From Squalus acanthias (taxonomy: Eukaryota): a DNA stretch of 64,000 nt. Of this stretch, positions 22,601-35,500 are shown in pieces. Made by a program: the position numbers and the translations under genes. Position 1 is the first letter of the stretch. Each line of letters opens with the position of its first letter. The stretch lies in NCBI GenBank assembly GCA_030390025.1, contig JASTWF010000033.1:6140001-6204000 (forward strand), read 5' to 3'. Below the pieces are notes generated by a model, which was not told the DNA's origin, searched no databases, and saw nothing but the letters and a program-made list of their open reading frames with translations.

Positions 22601-25600
22601 AGGATACAATGTGTAAATTAACAATAATCTGTAACTTTATTCCCTGGTGCAGAGAATACCATGTGTAAATTAACAATTAACTGTAAATTATTCCCCGGTG
22701 TAGAGGATACCATGCGTAAATTAACAATTAATGGTAACTTTATTCACTGCTGCAGTGGAATCCATCAGTAAATTATCAAGTTGCTCTAAATTGTTTGTCT
22801 GGTGTAGAGGATACCATGTGTAAATTAACAATTAACTGTACCTTTATTCCCCGGTGTGGAGAATACCATGTGAAAATTTACAATTAACTGTAACATTATT
22901 CCCCATTGTGGAGGATACCATGTGTAAATTAACAATAATCTGTAACTTTATTCCCCGGTGTAGAGGATACCATGTGAAAATTAACAATTAACTGTACCTT
23001 TATTCCCCGGTGTAGAGGATAACATGTGAAAATTAACAATTAACTGTAACTTTATTCCCCAATATAGTGGACACCATGTGTAAATTAACAATTAACAGTA
23101 ACTTTATTCCCCGGTGTAGAGGATACCATGTGTAAATTAACAATTAACTGTAACTTTATTCCCAGGTGTAGAGGACACCATGTGTAAATTAACAATAATC
23201 TGTAACTTTATTCCCTGGTGTAGAGGATACCATGCGTAAATTACGAATTAACTGTAAATTATTCCGCGATGTAGAGGATACCATATGTAAATTAACAAAT
23301 TAACTGTAACTTTAATCACTGGTGTAGAGGATACAATGTGTAAATTAACAATTAAATGAAATTGTATTCCCTGGTGTAAAGGATACAATGTGTAAATTAA
23401 CAATAATCTGTAACTTTATTCCCCGGTGTAGAGGATACCCAGCGTAAATTAACTATTAACGGTAACTTTATTCACTGCTGCAGTGGAATCCATCAGTAAA
23501 TTATCAAGTTGCTCTAAATTGTTTCTCTGGTGTAGAGGATACCATGTGTAAATTCACAATTAACTGTAACTTTATTCCCTGGTGCAGAGTATACCATGTG
23601 TAAATTAGCAATTAAATTTAAATTTATTCACTGCAGTCGAGGATATCATTTGTAAATTAACAATTAACTGTAACTTTATTCCCCGGTGTGGAGGACACCA
23701 TGTGTAAATTAACAATTAACTGCACCTTTATTCCTCGGTGTAGAGGATACCATGTGTAAATTAAAACTTAACTGTAACTTTATTCACTGCTGCAGAGGAT
23801 TTCATGTGTAATTTAACAATTAACTGTAATTTTAATCACTGGTGTAGAGGATATCATGTTTAAATTAACAATTGACTGTAACGTTATCCCCTGGTGTAGA
23901 GGATACCATGTGTAAATTAACAATTAACTGTAACTTTAGTCACTGGTGCGGAGGATACAATGTGTAAATTAATAATTAACTGTAACTTTATTCCCCGGTG
24001 TGGAGGATACAACGTGTAAATTAAGAATTAACTGTAACTTCATTTCCCGGTGTAGAGGATACTATGTGTAAATTAACAATTAACTGTAAATTTAGTCACT
24101 GGTGCGGAGGACACCATGTGTAAATTAATAATTAACTGTAACTTTATTCCCCGGTGTAGAGGATACCATGTGTAAATTAACAATTAACTGTAACTTTGTT
24201 CCCTGGTGTGGTGGATAACATGTGTAAAATTAACAATTAACTGTAAATTTATTCACTGCTGTCGAGTATATCATGTGTAAATTACCAATTAACTGTAACT
24301 TAATTCCCCGGTGTAGAGGATACCATGTGTAAATTAACAATTAACTGTAACTTTATTCCCCGCTGTAGAGGAAACCATGTGTAAATTAACAATTAACTGG
24401 AACTTTATTCCCCGGAGTAGAGGATACAATGTGTAAATTAACGAATATCTGTAACTTTATTCCGCATGTTGTAGACGATAGCATGTGCAAATTAACAATT
24501 AACTGTAACTTTATTCACTGGTGTGGACGATACCATGTCTAAATTAACAATTAACAGTAACGTCATTCCCCGGTGTAGAGTATACAATGTTTAAATTAAC
24601 AATTAACTGGAACTTTATTCCCCGGTGCAGAGGATACCATGTGTAAAAAAAAAAATTAACCGTAACTTTATTCACTGGTGTAGAGGAAACAATTTGTAAA
24701 TTAACATTTAACTGTGACGTTATTCCCTGGTGTAGAGGATACCATGTGTAAATTAACAATTAACTGTTACTTTATTCCCCGGTGTAGAGGATACCATGTT
24801 TAATTTAACAATTTACTGTAACTTTATTCACTGCTGTGGAGCATACCATGTGTAAATTAACAATTAACTGTACCTTTATTCCCCGGTGTAGAGGATACCA
24901 TGTGAAAATTTACAATTAACTGTAACATTATTCCCCGATGTGGAGGATACCATGTGTAAATTAACAATAATCTGTAACTTTATTCCCCGGTGTCGAGGAT
25001 ACCATGTGAAAATTAACAATTAACTGTACCTTTATTCCCCGGTGTAGAGGATATTATGTGAAAATTAACAATTAACTATAACTTTCTTCCCAATATAGTG
25101 GATACCATCTGTAAATTAACAATTAACAGTAACTTTATTCCCCGGTGTAGAGGATACCATGTGTAAATTAACAATAATCTGTAACTTTATTCCCCGGTGC
25201 AGAGGATACCATGTGTAAATTAACAATTAACTGTAACTTTATTCCCCTGTGCAGAGGATACCATATGTAAATTAACAAATTAACTGTAACTTTAATCACT
25301 GGTGTAGAGGATACAATGTTTAAATTAACAATTAAATGAAACTTAATTCACTGCTGCAGAGGATAACATGTGTAAATTCACAATTAACAAGAACTTTGTT
25401 TCCAGAGTGTAGAGGATACCAGTTGTAAGTTAACAATTAACTGTAACTTTATTCCCCGGTGTAGAGGAAAAAATGTGTAAATTAACAATTAAGTGTAAAT
25501 TTATTTCGGGGTGTGGTGGACACAATGTGTAAATTAACAATTAACTGTACCTTTATTCCCCGGTGTAGAGGTTACAATGTGTAAAGTAACAATTAACTGC

Positions 25601-28600
25601 AACTTTATTCCCCGGAGTAGAGGATACAATGTGTAAATTAACGAATATCTGTAACTTTATTCCGCATGTTGTAGAGGATAGCATGTGTAAATTAACAATT
25701 AACTGTAACTTTATTCACTGGTGTGGACGATACCATGTTTAAATTAACAATTAACAGTAACGTCATTCCCCGGTGTAGAGGATACAATGTTTAAATTAAC
25801 AATTAACTGTAACTTTATTCCCCGGTGCAGAGGATACCATGTGTAAAAAAAAAAATTAACTGTAACTTTATTCACTGTTGTAGAGGAAACAATTTGTAAA
25901 TTAACATTTAACTGTGACATTATTCCCTGGTGTAGAGGATACCATGTGTAAATTAACAATTAACTGTTACTTTATTCCCCGGTGTAGAGGATACCATGTT
26001 TAAATTAACAATTAACTGTAACTTTATTCACTGCTGTGGAGCATACCATTTGTAAATTAACAATTAACTGTACCTTTAATCCCCGGTGTAGAGGATACCA
26101 TGTGAAAATTTACAATTAACTGTAACATTATTCCCCGATGTGGAGGATACCATGTGTAAATTAACAATAATCTGTAACTTTATTCCCCGGTGTCGAGGAT
26201 ACCATGTGAAAATTAGCAATTAACTGTTCCTTTATTCCCCGGTGTAGAGGATACCATGTGAAAATTAACAATTAACTGTAACTTTCTTCCCCAATATAGT
26301 GGATACCATCTGTAAATTAACAATTAACAGTAACTTTATTCCCCGGTGTAGAGGATACCATGTGTAAATTAACAATAATCTGTAACTTTATTCCCCGGTG
26401 TAGAGGATACCATGTGTAAATTAACAATTAACTGTAACTTTATTCCCCTGTGCAGAGGATACCATGTGAAAATTAACAATTAACTGTAACTTTCTTCCCC
26501 AATATAGTGGATACCATCTGTAAATTAACAATTAACAGTAACTTTATTCCCCGGTGTAGAGGATACCATGTGTAAATTGACAATAATCTGTAACTTTATT
26601 CCCCGGTGTAGAGGATACCATGTGTAAATTAACAATTAACTGTAACTTTATTCCCCTGTGCAGAGGATACCATATGTAAATTAACAAATTAACTGTAACT
26701 TTAATCACTGGTGTAGAGGATACAATGTTTAAATTAACAATTAAATGAAACTTAATTCACTGCTGCAGAGGATACCATGTGTAAATTCACAATTAACTGT
26801 AACTTTATTCCCCGGTGCAGAGGATACCAGGTGTAAGTTAACAATTAACTGTAACTTTATTCCCCGGTGCAGAGGATACCATGTGTAAATTAATAATTAA
26901 CTGAAATTTTATTCCCTGGTGTAAAGGATACAATGTGTAAATTAACAATAATCTGTAACTTTATTCCCTGGTGTAGAGAATACAATGTTTAAATTAACAA
27001 TTAACTGTAACGTTATTCCCTGGTGTAAAGGATACCATGTTAAATTAACAATTAACTGTAACTTTATTCCCCTGTGCAGAGGATACCATGTGTAAATTAA
27101 CAATTAACTGTAACTTTATTTCCTGGTGCAGAGGATACCATGTGTATATTAACAATTAACTGTTACTTTATTTCCAGGTGTAGAGGGTACAGTGTGTAAA
27201 TTCACAATTAACAATAACTTTGTTTCCAGAGTGTAGAGGATACTATGTGTAAATTAACAATTAACTGTAACTTTATTCACTGCTGTGGAGGATACCATGT
27301 ATAAATTAACAATTAACTGTAACTTTATCCCCCTGTGCAGCGGATACCATGTGTAAATTAACAAATTAACTGTAACTTTAATCACTGGTGTAGAGGATAC
27401 AATGTGTAAATTAACAATTAAATGAAACTTAATTCACTGCTGCAGAGGATACCATGTGTAAATTAACAATTAACTGTAACTTTATTCCCCTGTGCAGAAG
27501 ATACCATGTTTAAATTAACAATTATCTGTAACTTTATTCACTGGTGCAGAGGATACCATGTGTATATTAACAATTAACTGTAACTTTATTTCCCGGTGTA
27601 GAGGATACCGTGTGTCAATTAACAATTAACTGTAACTTTGTTTCCAGTGTGTAGAGGATACTATGTGTAAATTAACAATTAACTGTAACTTTATTCCCCG
27701 GTGTAGAGGATACCATGCGTAAATTAACTATTAACGGTAACTTTATTCACTGCTGCAGAGGAATCCATCAGTAAATTATCAATTTGCTCTAAATTGTTTC
27801 TCTGCTGTAGAGGATACCATGTGTAAATTCACAATTAACAATAATTATTAATTCTGGGTGTAGAGGATAACATGTGTAAATTAACAATTAACTGTAACTT
27901 TATTCCCCGGTGCAGAGGATGCCATCTGTAAATTAACAATAATCTGTACCGTTATTCACTGCTGTAGAGGATACCATGTGTAAATTAACAATCAAATTTA
28001 ACTTTATTCACTGCTGTCGAGGATATCATTTGTAAATTAACAATTAACTGTAACTTTATTCCCCGGTGTGGAGCATACCATGTGTAAATTAACAATTAAC
28101 AGCACCTTTATTCCCGGTGTAGAGGATACCGTGTGTAAATTAACACTTAACTGTAACTTTATTCACTGCTGTAGAGGATTTCATGTGTAATTTAACAATT
28201 AACTGTAATTTTAATCCCTGGTGTAGAGGATATCATGTTTAAATTAACAATTGACTGCAACTTTATCCCCTGGTTTAGAGGATACCATGTTTAAATTAAC
28301 AATTAATTGTAACTTCATTTCCCGGTGTGGAGGATACCATGTGTAAATTAAGAATTAACTGTAACTTCATTTCCCGGTGTAGAGGATATCATGTGTAAAT
28401 TAACAATTAACTGTACCTTTATTCCCCGGTGTAGAGGATACCATGTGTAAATTAACAATTAACTGTAACTTTATTCCCCGGTGTGGTGGATACCATGTGT
28501 AAATTAACAATTAACTGTACCTTTATTCCCCGGTGTAGAGGATACCATGTGTAAATTAACAATTAACTGTACCTTTATTCCCCTGTGCAGAGGATACCAT

Positions 28601-31578
28601 GAGTAAATTAACAAATTAACTGTAACTTTAATCACTAGTGTAGAGGATACAATGTGTAAATTAACAATTAACTATAACTTTATTTCCCGGTGTAGAGGAT
28701 ACCGTGTGCAAATTCAAAATTAACAATAACTTCATTCCCAGAGTGTAGAGGATACAATGTGTAAATTAACAATTAACTGTAACTTTATTCCCGGTGCTGA
28801 GGATACCATGTCTAAAAAAACAATTAACTGTAACTTTATTCCCTGGTGTAGAGGAACAATGGTAAATTAACAATTAACTGTGACTTTATTCCCTGGTGAA
28901 GAGGATACCATGTGTAAATTAACAATTAACTGTAACTTTATTCCACTGCTGTCGAGGATACTTGTGTAATTAACAATTAACTGTAACTTTATTCCCTGTG
29001 TAGAGGATACCATGTGTAAATTAACAATTAACTGTAACTTTATTCCCGGTGTAGAGGATACCTTTTGTAAATTAACAATTAACTGTAACTTTATTCCCTG
29101 TGTGAGGATACCATGTGTAAATTAACAATTAACTGTAACTTTATTCCCCGGTGTAGAGGATACCATGTGTAAATTACAATTAACTGTAACTTTATTCCCT
29201 GGTGTAGAGGATACCATGTGTAAATAACAATTAACTGTAACATTATTCCCTGGTGTAGAGGATACAAGTGTAAAGTAACAATTAACTGTAACTTTATTCC
29301 CGGTGTAGAGGATACCATGTTTAAACTTAACAATTAACTGTAAATTTATTCCCTGAGTAGAGGATCCATTGTGTAAATTACAATTAACTGTAACATTATT
29401 CCCCGGTGCAGAGGATACCATGTGTAAATTAACAATTAACTGTAACTTTATTCACCGGTGTAGAGGATACCATGTGTAAATTACAATTAACTGTACTTTA
29501 TTCCTGGTGTTGAGGATACCATGTGTAAATTAACAATTAACTGTAACTTTATTCCCCTGGTGTCGAGATACCATGAGTTAAATTAACAAATTAACTGTAA
29601 CTTCACCCCGGTGTAGAGGATACCATGTGTAAATTAACGAATTAACTGAAACTTATTCACCTTTGTAGAGGATACCATGTGTAATTAAACAATTAACTGG
29701 TAACTTCATTCACAGCTGTAGAGGATACCAGGTGTAAGTTAAAAATTAACTGTAACTTTATTCCCCGGTGTGGAGGACACCATGTATAAATTAACAATTA
29801 CATTTAACTTTATTCACTGCTGTCGAGGATATCATTTGTAAATTAACAATTAACTGCAACTTTATCCCCTGGTGTAGAGGATACCATGTTTAAATTTACA
29901 ATTAACTGTTACTTTAGTCACTGGTGCGGAGGACACCATGTGTAAATTAATAATTAACTGTAACTTTATTCCCCGGTGTAGAGGATACCATGTGTAAATT
30001 AACAATTAACTGTAACTTTGTTCCCTGGTGTGGTGGATAACATGTGTAAAATTAACAATTAACTGTAACTTAATTCCCCGGTGTAGAGGAAACCATGTGT
30101 AAATTAACAATTAACTGTAAATTTATTTCGGGGTGCGGTGGACACAATGTGTAAATTAACAATTAACTGTACCTTTATTGCCCGGTGTAGAGGTTACAAT
30201 GTGTAAAGTAACAATTAACTGTAACTTTATTCCCCGGAGTAGAGGATACAATGTGTAAATTAACGAATATCTGTAACTTTATTCCGGATTGTAGAGGATA
30301 GCATGTGTAAATTAATAATTAACTGTAACTTTATTCACTGGTGTGGACGATACCATGTCTAAATTAACAATTAACAGTAACGTCATTCCCCGGTGTAGAG
30401 GATACCATGTGTAAATTAACAATTAACTGAAACTTTATTCACTGCCTCAGAGGATACTATGTGTAAATTAACATTTAACTGTGACGTTATTCCCTGGTGT
30501 AAAGGATACCATGTGTAAATTAACAATTAACTGTAACTTTATTCCCCGGTGCAGAGGATACCATGTGTAAATTAACAATTAACTTTAACTTTATTCACTG
30601 CTGTCGAGGATATCTTTTGTAAATTAACAATTAACTGTACCTTTATTCCCCGGTGTAGAGGATACCATGTGTAAATTAACAAATAACTTTAACTTTATTC
30701 CCCGGTGTGGAAGATACCATGTGTAAATTAACAAATAACTGTAACTTTATTCCCCGGTGTGGAGGATACCATGTGTAAATTAACAAATAACTGTAACTTT
30801 ATTCCCCGGTGTGGAGGATACCATGTGTAAATTAACAAATAACTGTAACTTTATTCACTGCTGTAGAGGATTTCATGTGTAATTTAACAATTAACTGTAA
30901 TTTTAATACCTGGTGTAGAGGATATCATGTTTAAATTAACAATTAACTGTAACTTCATTTCCCGGTGTAGAGGATACCATGTTTAAATTAAGAATTAACT
31001 GTAACTTTATTCCCTGGTGTAGAGGATACCATGTGTAAATTAACAATTAACTGTAACTTTGTTCCCTGGTGTGGTGGATAACATGTGTAAAATTAACAAT
31101 TAACTGTAACTTTATTCTCTGCTGTCGAGTATATCATGTGTAAATTACCAATTAACTGTAACTTAATTCCTCGGTGTAGAGGATACCATGTGTAAATTAC
31201 CAATTAACTGTACCTTCATTCCCCGGTGTAGAGGATACCATGTGTAAAATAAAAATTAACTGTAACTTTATTCCCCGGTGTAGAGGATACCATGTGTAAA
31301 TTAACAATTAACTGTACCTTTATTCCCCGGTGTAGAGGTTACAAGGTGTAAAGTAACAATTAACTGTAACTTTATTCCCCGGAGTAGAGGATACAATGTG
31401 TAAATTAACGAATATCTGTAACTTTATTCCCCATTGTAGAGGATAGCATGTGTAAATTAACAATTAACTGTAACTTTATTCACTGGTGTGGACGATACCA
31501 TGTCAAAATTAACAATTAACAGTAACGTCAGTCCCCGGTGTAGAGGATACAATGTTTAAATTAACAATTAACTGTAAC
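19689..31578. repeat. 52-bp satellite array
   Basis: About 228 monomers with 312-bp and ~1200-bp tandem duplications. Confidence 0.98.
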
Positions 31579-32582
31579 CCCAGCTGTTTACATTATATAT
31601 TAATGATTTGGACGAAGGGATTAAATGTAATATCTCCAAATTTGCGGATGACACTAAATTGGGAGGCAGTGTGAACAATGAGGAGGATGCTAGGAGGCTA
31701 CAGAGTGACTTGGACAGGTTGGGTGAATGGGCAAATGTATGGCAGATGAAGTACAATGTGAATAAATGTGAGGTTATCCACTTTGGTGGTAAAAATAGAC
31801 AGGCGGACTATTACCTGAATGGTGGCAGATTAGGGAAAGGGGACGTGCAACGAGACCTGGGCGTCATGGTACATCAGTCACTGAAGGTGGGAATGCAAGT
31901 GCAGCAGGCAGTCAAGAAAGCAAACGGAATGATGGCCTTCATAGCAAGGGGATTTGAGTACAGGAGTAGGGAGGTGATGCTACAGTTGTACAGGGCCTTG
32001 GTGAGGCCACACCTGGAGTATTGTGCGCAGTTTTGGTCTCCTAACTTAAGGAAGGACATTCTTGCTATTGAGGGAGTGCAGCGAAGGTTCACTAGATTGA
32101 TTCCTGGGATGGCCGTCCTGACATATCAATAAAGATTGGGTCAACTGAACTTGTATCCTCTGGAGTTCAGAAGAATGAGGGGGGATCTTATAGAGACATT
32201 TAAAATCCTGACTGGTTTAGACAAATTAGATGCGGGCAGAATGTTCCCAATGGTAGGGAAAACTAGAACCAGGGGTCACAGTCTAAGGATTAAGGGGAAG
32301 CCATTTAGGACTGAGCTGAGGAGGAACTTCTTCACCCAGAGAGTGGTGAATCTATGGAATTCTCTTCCACAGAAGGTTGTTGAGGCCAGTTCGCTAAATA
32401 TATTCAAAAGGGAGTTAGATATAACACTCACAACTAAGGGGATCAAAGGGTATGGCGAGAAAGCAGGAATGGGGTACTGAGGTAGCATGTTCAGCCATGA
32501 ACGCATTGAATGGCGGTGCAGGCTCGAAGGACCGAATGGTCTACTCCTGTACCTATTTCCTATGTTTCTATGTTTCTATGTT
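31577..32582 (+). mobile_element. 5'-truncated CR1 LINE (copy 5), same subfamily as copy 1
   Basis: Matches 3946-4947 closely; premature TAA at 32130-32132; (TTTCTATG)n tail; no TSD compared with the paralogous empty site near 37250-37290. Confidence 0.95.
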
Positions 32583-35500
32583 AATTCCACGGTGCAGAGT
32601 ATACCATGTGTAAAAAAAACAATTAATTGTAACTTTATTCACTGGTGTAGAGGAAACAATGTGTAAATTAACAATTAACTGAAACTTTATTCACTGCCTC
32701 AGAGGATACCATGTGTAAATTAACAATTAACTGTAACTTTATTCACTGCTGTAGAGGATATCTTTTGTAAATTAACAATTAACTGTAACTTTATTCCCCG
32801 GTGTGGAGGATACCATATGTAAATTAACAGTTAACTGTAACGTTATTCCCCGGTGTAGAGGATATCATGTGTAAATTTACGATTAACTGTAACTTTATTA
32901 AATTTTGCAGAGGTTACCATGTGTAAATTAAGAATTAACTGTAACATTATTCCCCGGTGTAGAGGATACCATGTGTAAATTAACAATTAACTGCACCTTT
33001 ATTCCCCGGTGTAGAGGTTACAATGTGTAAATTAACAGTTAACTGTAACTTTATTCCCTGGTGTAGAGGATACCATGTGTCAATTAACAATTAACTGTAA
33101 CTTTATTCACTGGTGTGGACGATACCATGTCTAAATTAACAATTAACTGTAACATCATTCCCCGGTGTAAAGGATACCATGTGTCAATTAACAATTAACT
33201 GTAACTTTATTCCCTGGTGTAGAGGATACCATGTGTCAATTGACAATTAACTGTAACTTTATTCCCTGGTGTAGAGGATACCATGTGTAAATTAACAATT
33301 ACCTTTAAATTTATTCACTGCTGTCGAGGTTATCTTTTGTAAATTAACAATTAAATGTAACTTTATTCCCCGGTGCAGAGGATACCGTGAAAACATTTAC
33401 AATTAACTGTAACATTATTACCCGGTGTGGAGGATACCATATGTAAATTAACAGTTAACTGTAACTTTCTTCCCCAATATAGAGGACACCATGTGTAAAT
33501 TAACAATTAACTTTAACTTTATTCCCAGGTGTAGAGGATACCATGCGTAAATTAACAATTAACTGTAACTTTATTCACTGCTGCAGAGGATACCATCAGT
33601 AAATTATCAATTTGCTCTAAATTGTTTCCCAGGTGTAGAGGATACCATGTGTAAATTCACAATTAACAGTAACTTTGTTTCTTGGGTGTAGAGGATAACA
33701 TGTGTAATTTAACAATTAACGGCAACTTTATTCCTCGGTGTCGGGATTACTATGTGTAAATTAACAATTAACTGTAACTTTATTCACTGCTGTAGAGGAT
33801 TTCATGTTTAATTTAACAATTAACTGTAATTTAAATCCCTGGTGCACAGGATATCATGTTTAAATTAACAACTGACTGTAACTTCATTTCCCGGTGTGGA
33901 GGATACCATGTGTAAATTAAGAATTAACTGTAACTTTAGTCACTGGTGCGGAGGATACCATGTGTAAATTAACAATTAACTGTAACTTTATTAACTGGTG
34001 TGGAGGATACAAAGTGTGAATTAACAATTAACTGTCACTGTATTCCCGGTGAAGAGGATCCTATGTTTAACTTAACAATTAAAGGTAACTTTATTCCCAA
34101 GAGTAGATGATACAAAGTGTAAATTAACGAATAAATGTAACTTTATTCACTGCTGCAGAGGATACTATGTGTAAATTAACATTTAACTGTGACGTTATTA
34201 CCTGGTGTAAAGGATACAATGTGTAAATTAACAATTAACTTTAACTTTATTCACTGCTGTCGAGGATATCTTTTGTAAATTAACAATTAACTGTAACTTT
34301 ATTCCCCGGTGTAAAGGATAACATTTGTAAATTAACAATTAACTTTAACTTTATTCACTGCTGTCGAGGATATCTTTTGTAAATTAACAATTAACTGTAA
34401 CTTTATTCCCCGGTGTAGAGGATACCATGTGTAAATTAACAATTAACTGTAACATTATTCACTGCTGTAGAGGATACCATATGTAAATTAACAGTTAACT
34501 GTAACGTTATTCCCTGGTGTAAAGGATATCATGCGTAAATTAACAATTAACTGTAACTTTCTTCCCCAATATAGTGGACACCATGTGTAAATTAACAATA
34601 ATCTGTAACTTTATTCCCTGGTGTAGAGGATACCATGTGTAAATTACGAATTAACTGTAAATTATTCCGCGATGTAGAGGATACCATGTGTAAATTAACA
34701 ATTAACTGTAACTTTATTCATCGGTGTGGTGGATACCATGTGTAAATTAACAATTAACTATACCTTTATTCCCCGGTGTAGAGGTTACAAGGTGTAAAGT
34801 AACAATTAACTGTAACTTTATTCCCCGGTGAAGATGATCCTATGTTTAACTTAACAATTAACTGTAACTTTATTCACTGGTGTGGACGATACCATGTCTA
34901 AATTAACAATTAACAGTAACGTCATTCCATGGTGTAGAGAATACCATGTGTAAATTAACAATTAACTGTAACTTTATTCCCCGGTGTAGAGGATACCATG
35001 TGTAAATTAACAATTAACTGTAACTTTATTCCCTGGTGTAGAGGATACCATGTGTAAATTAACAATTAACTGTAACTTTATTCCCCGGTGTAGAGGATAC
35101 CATGTGTAAATTAACAATTAACTGTAACTTTATTCCCCGGTGCAGAGGATACCATGTGTAAATTAACAGTTAACTGTAACGTTATTCCCTGGTGTAAAGG
35201 ATATCATGTGTAAATTAACAATCATCTGTAACTTTATTCCCTGGTGTAGAGGATACCATGTGTAAATTACAATTAACTGTAAATTATTCCGCGATGTAGA
35301 GGATACCATGTGTAAATTAACAATTAACTGTAACTTTATTAACTTGTGCAGAGGATACCATGTGTAAATTAGCAATTACATTTAACTTTATTCACTGCTG
35401 TCGAGGATATCATTTGTAAATTAACAATTAACTGTAACTTTATTCCCCGGTGTGGATGAAACCATGTGTAAATTAACAATTAACTGTAACTTTATTCCCC

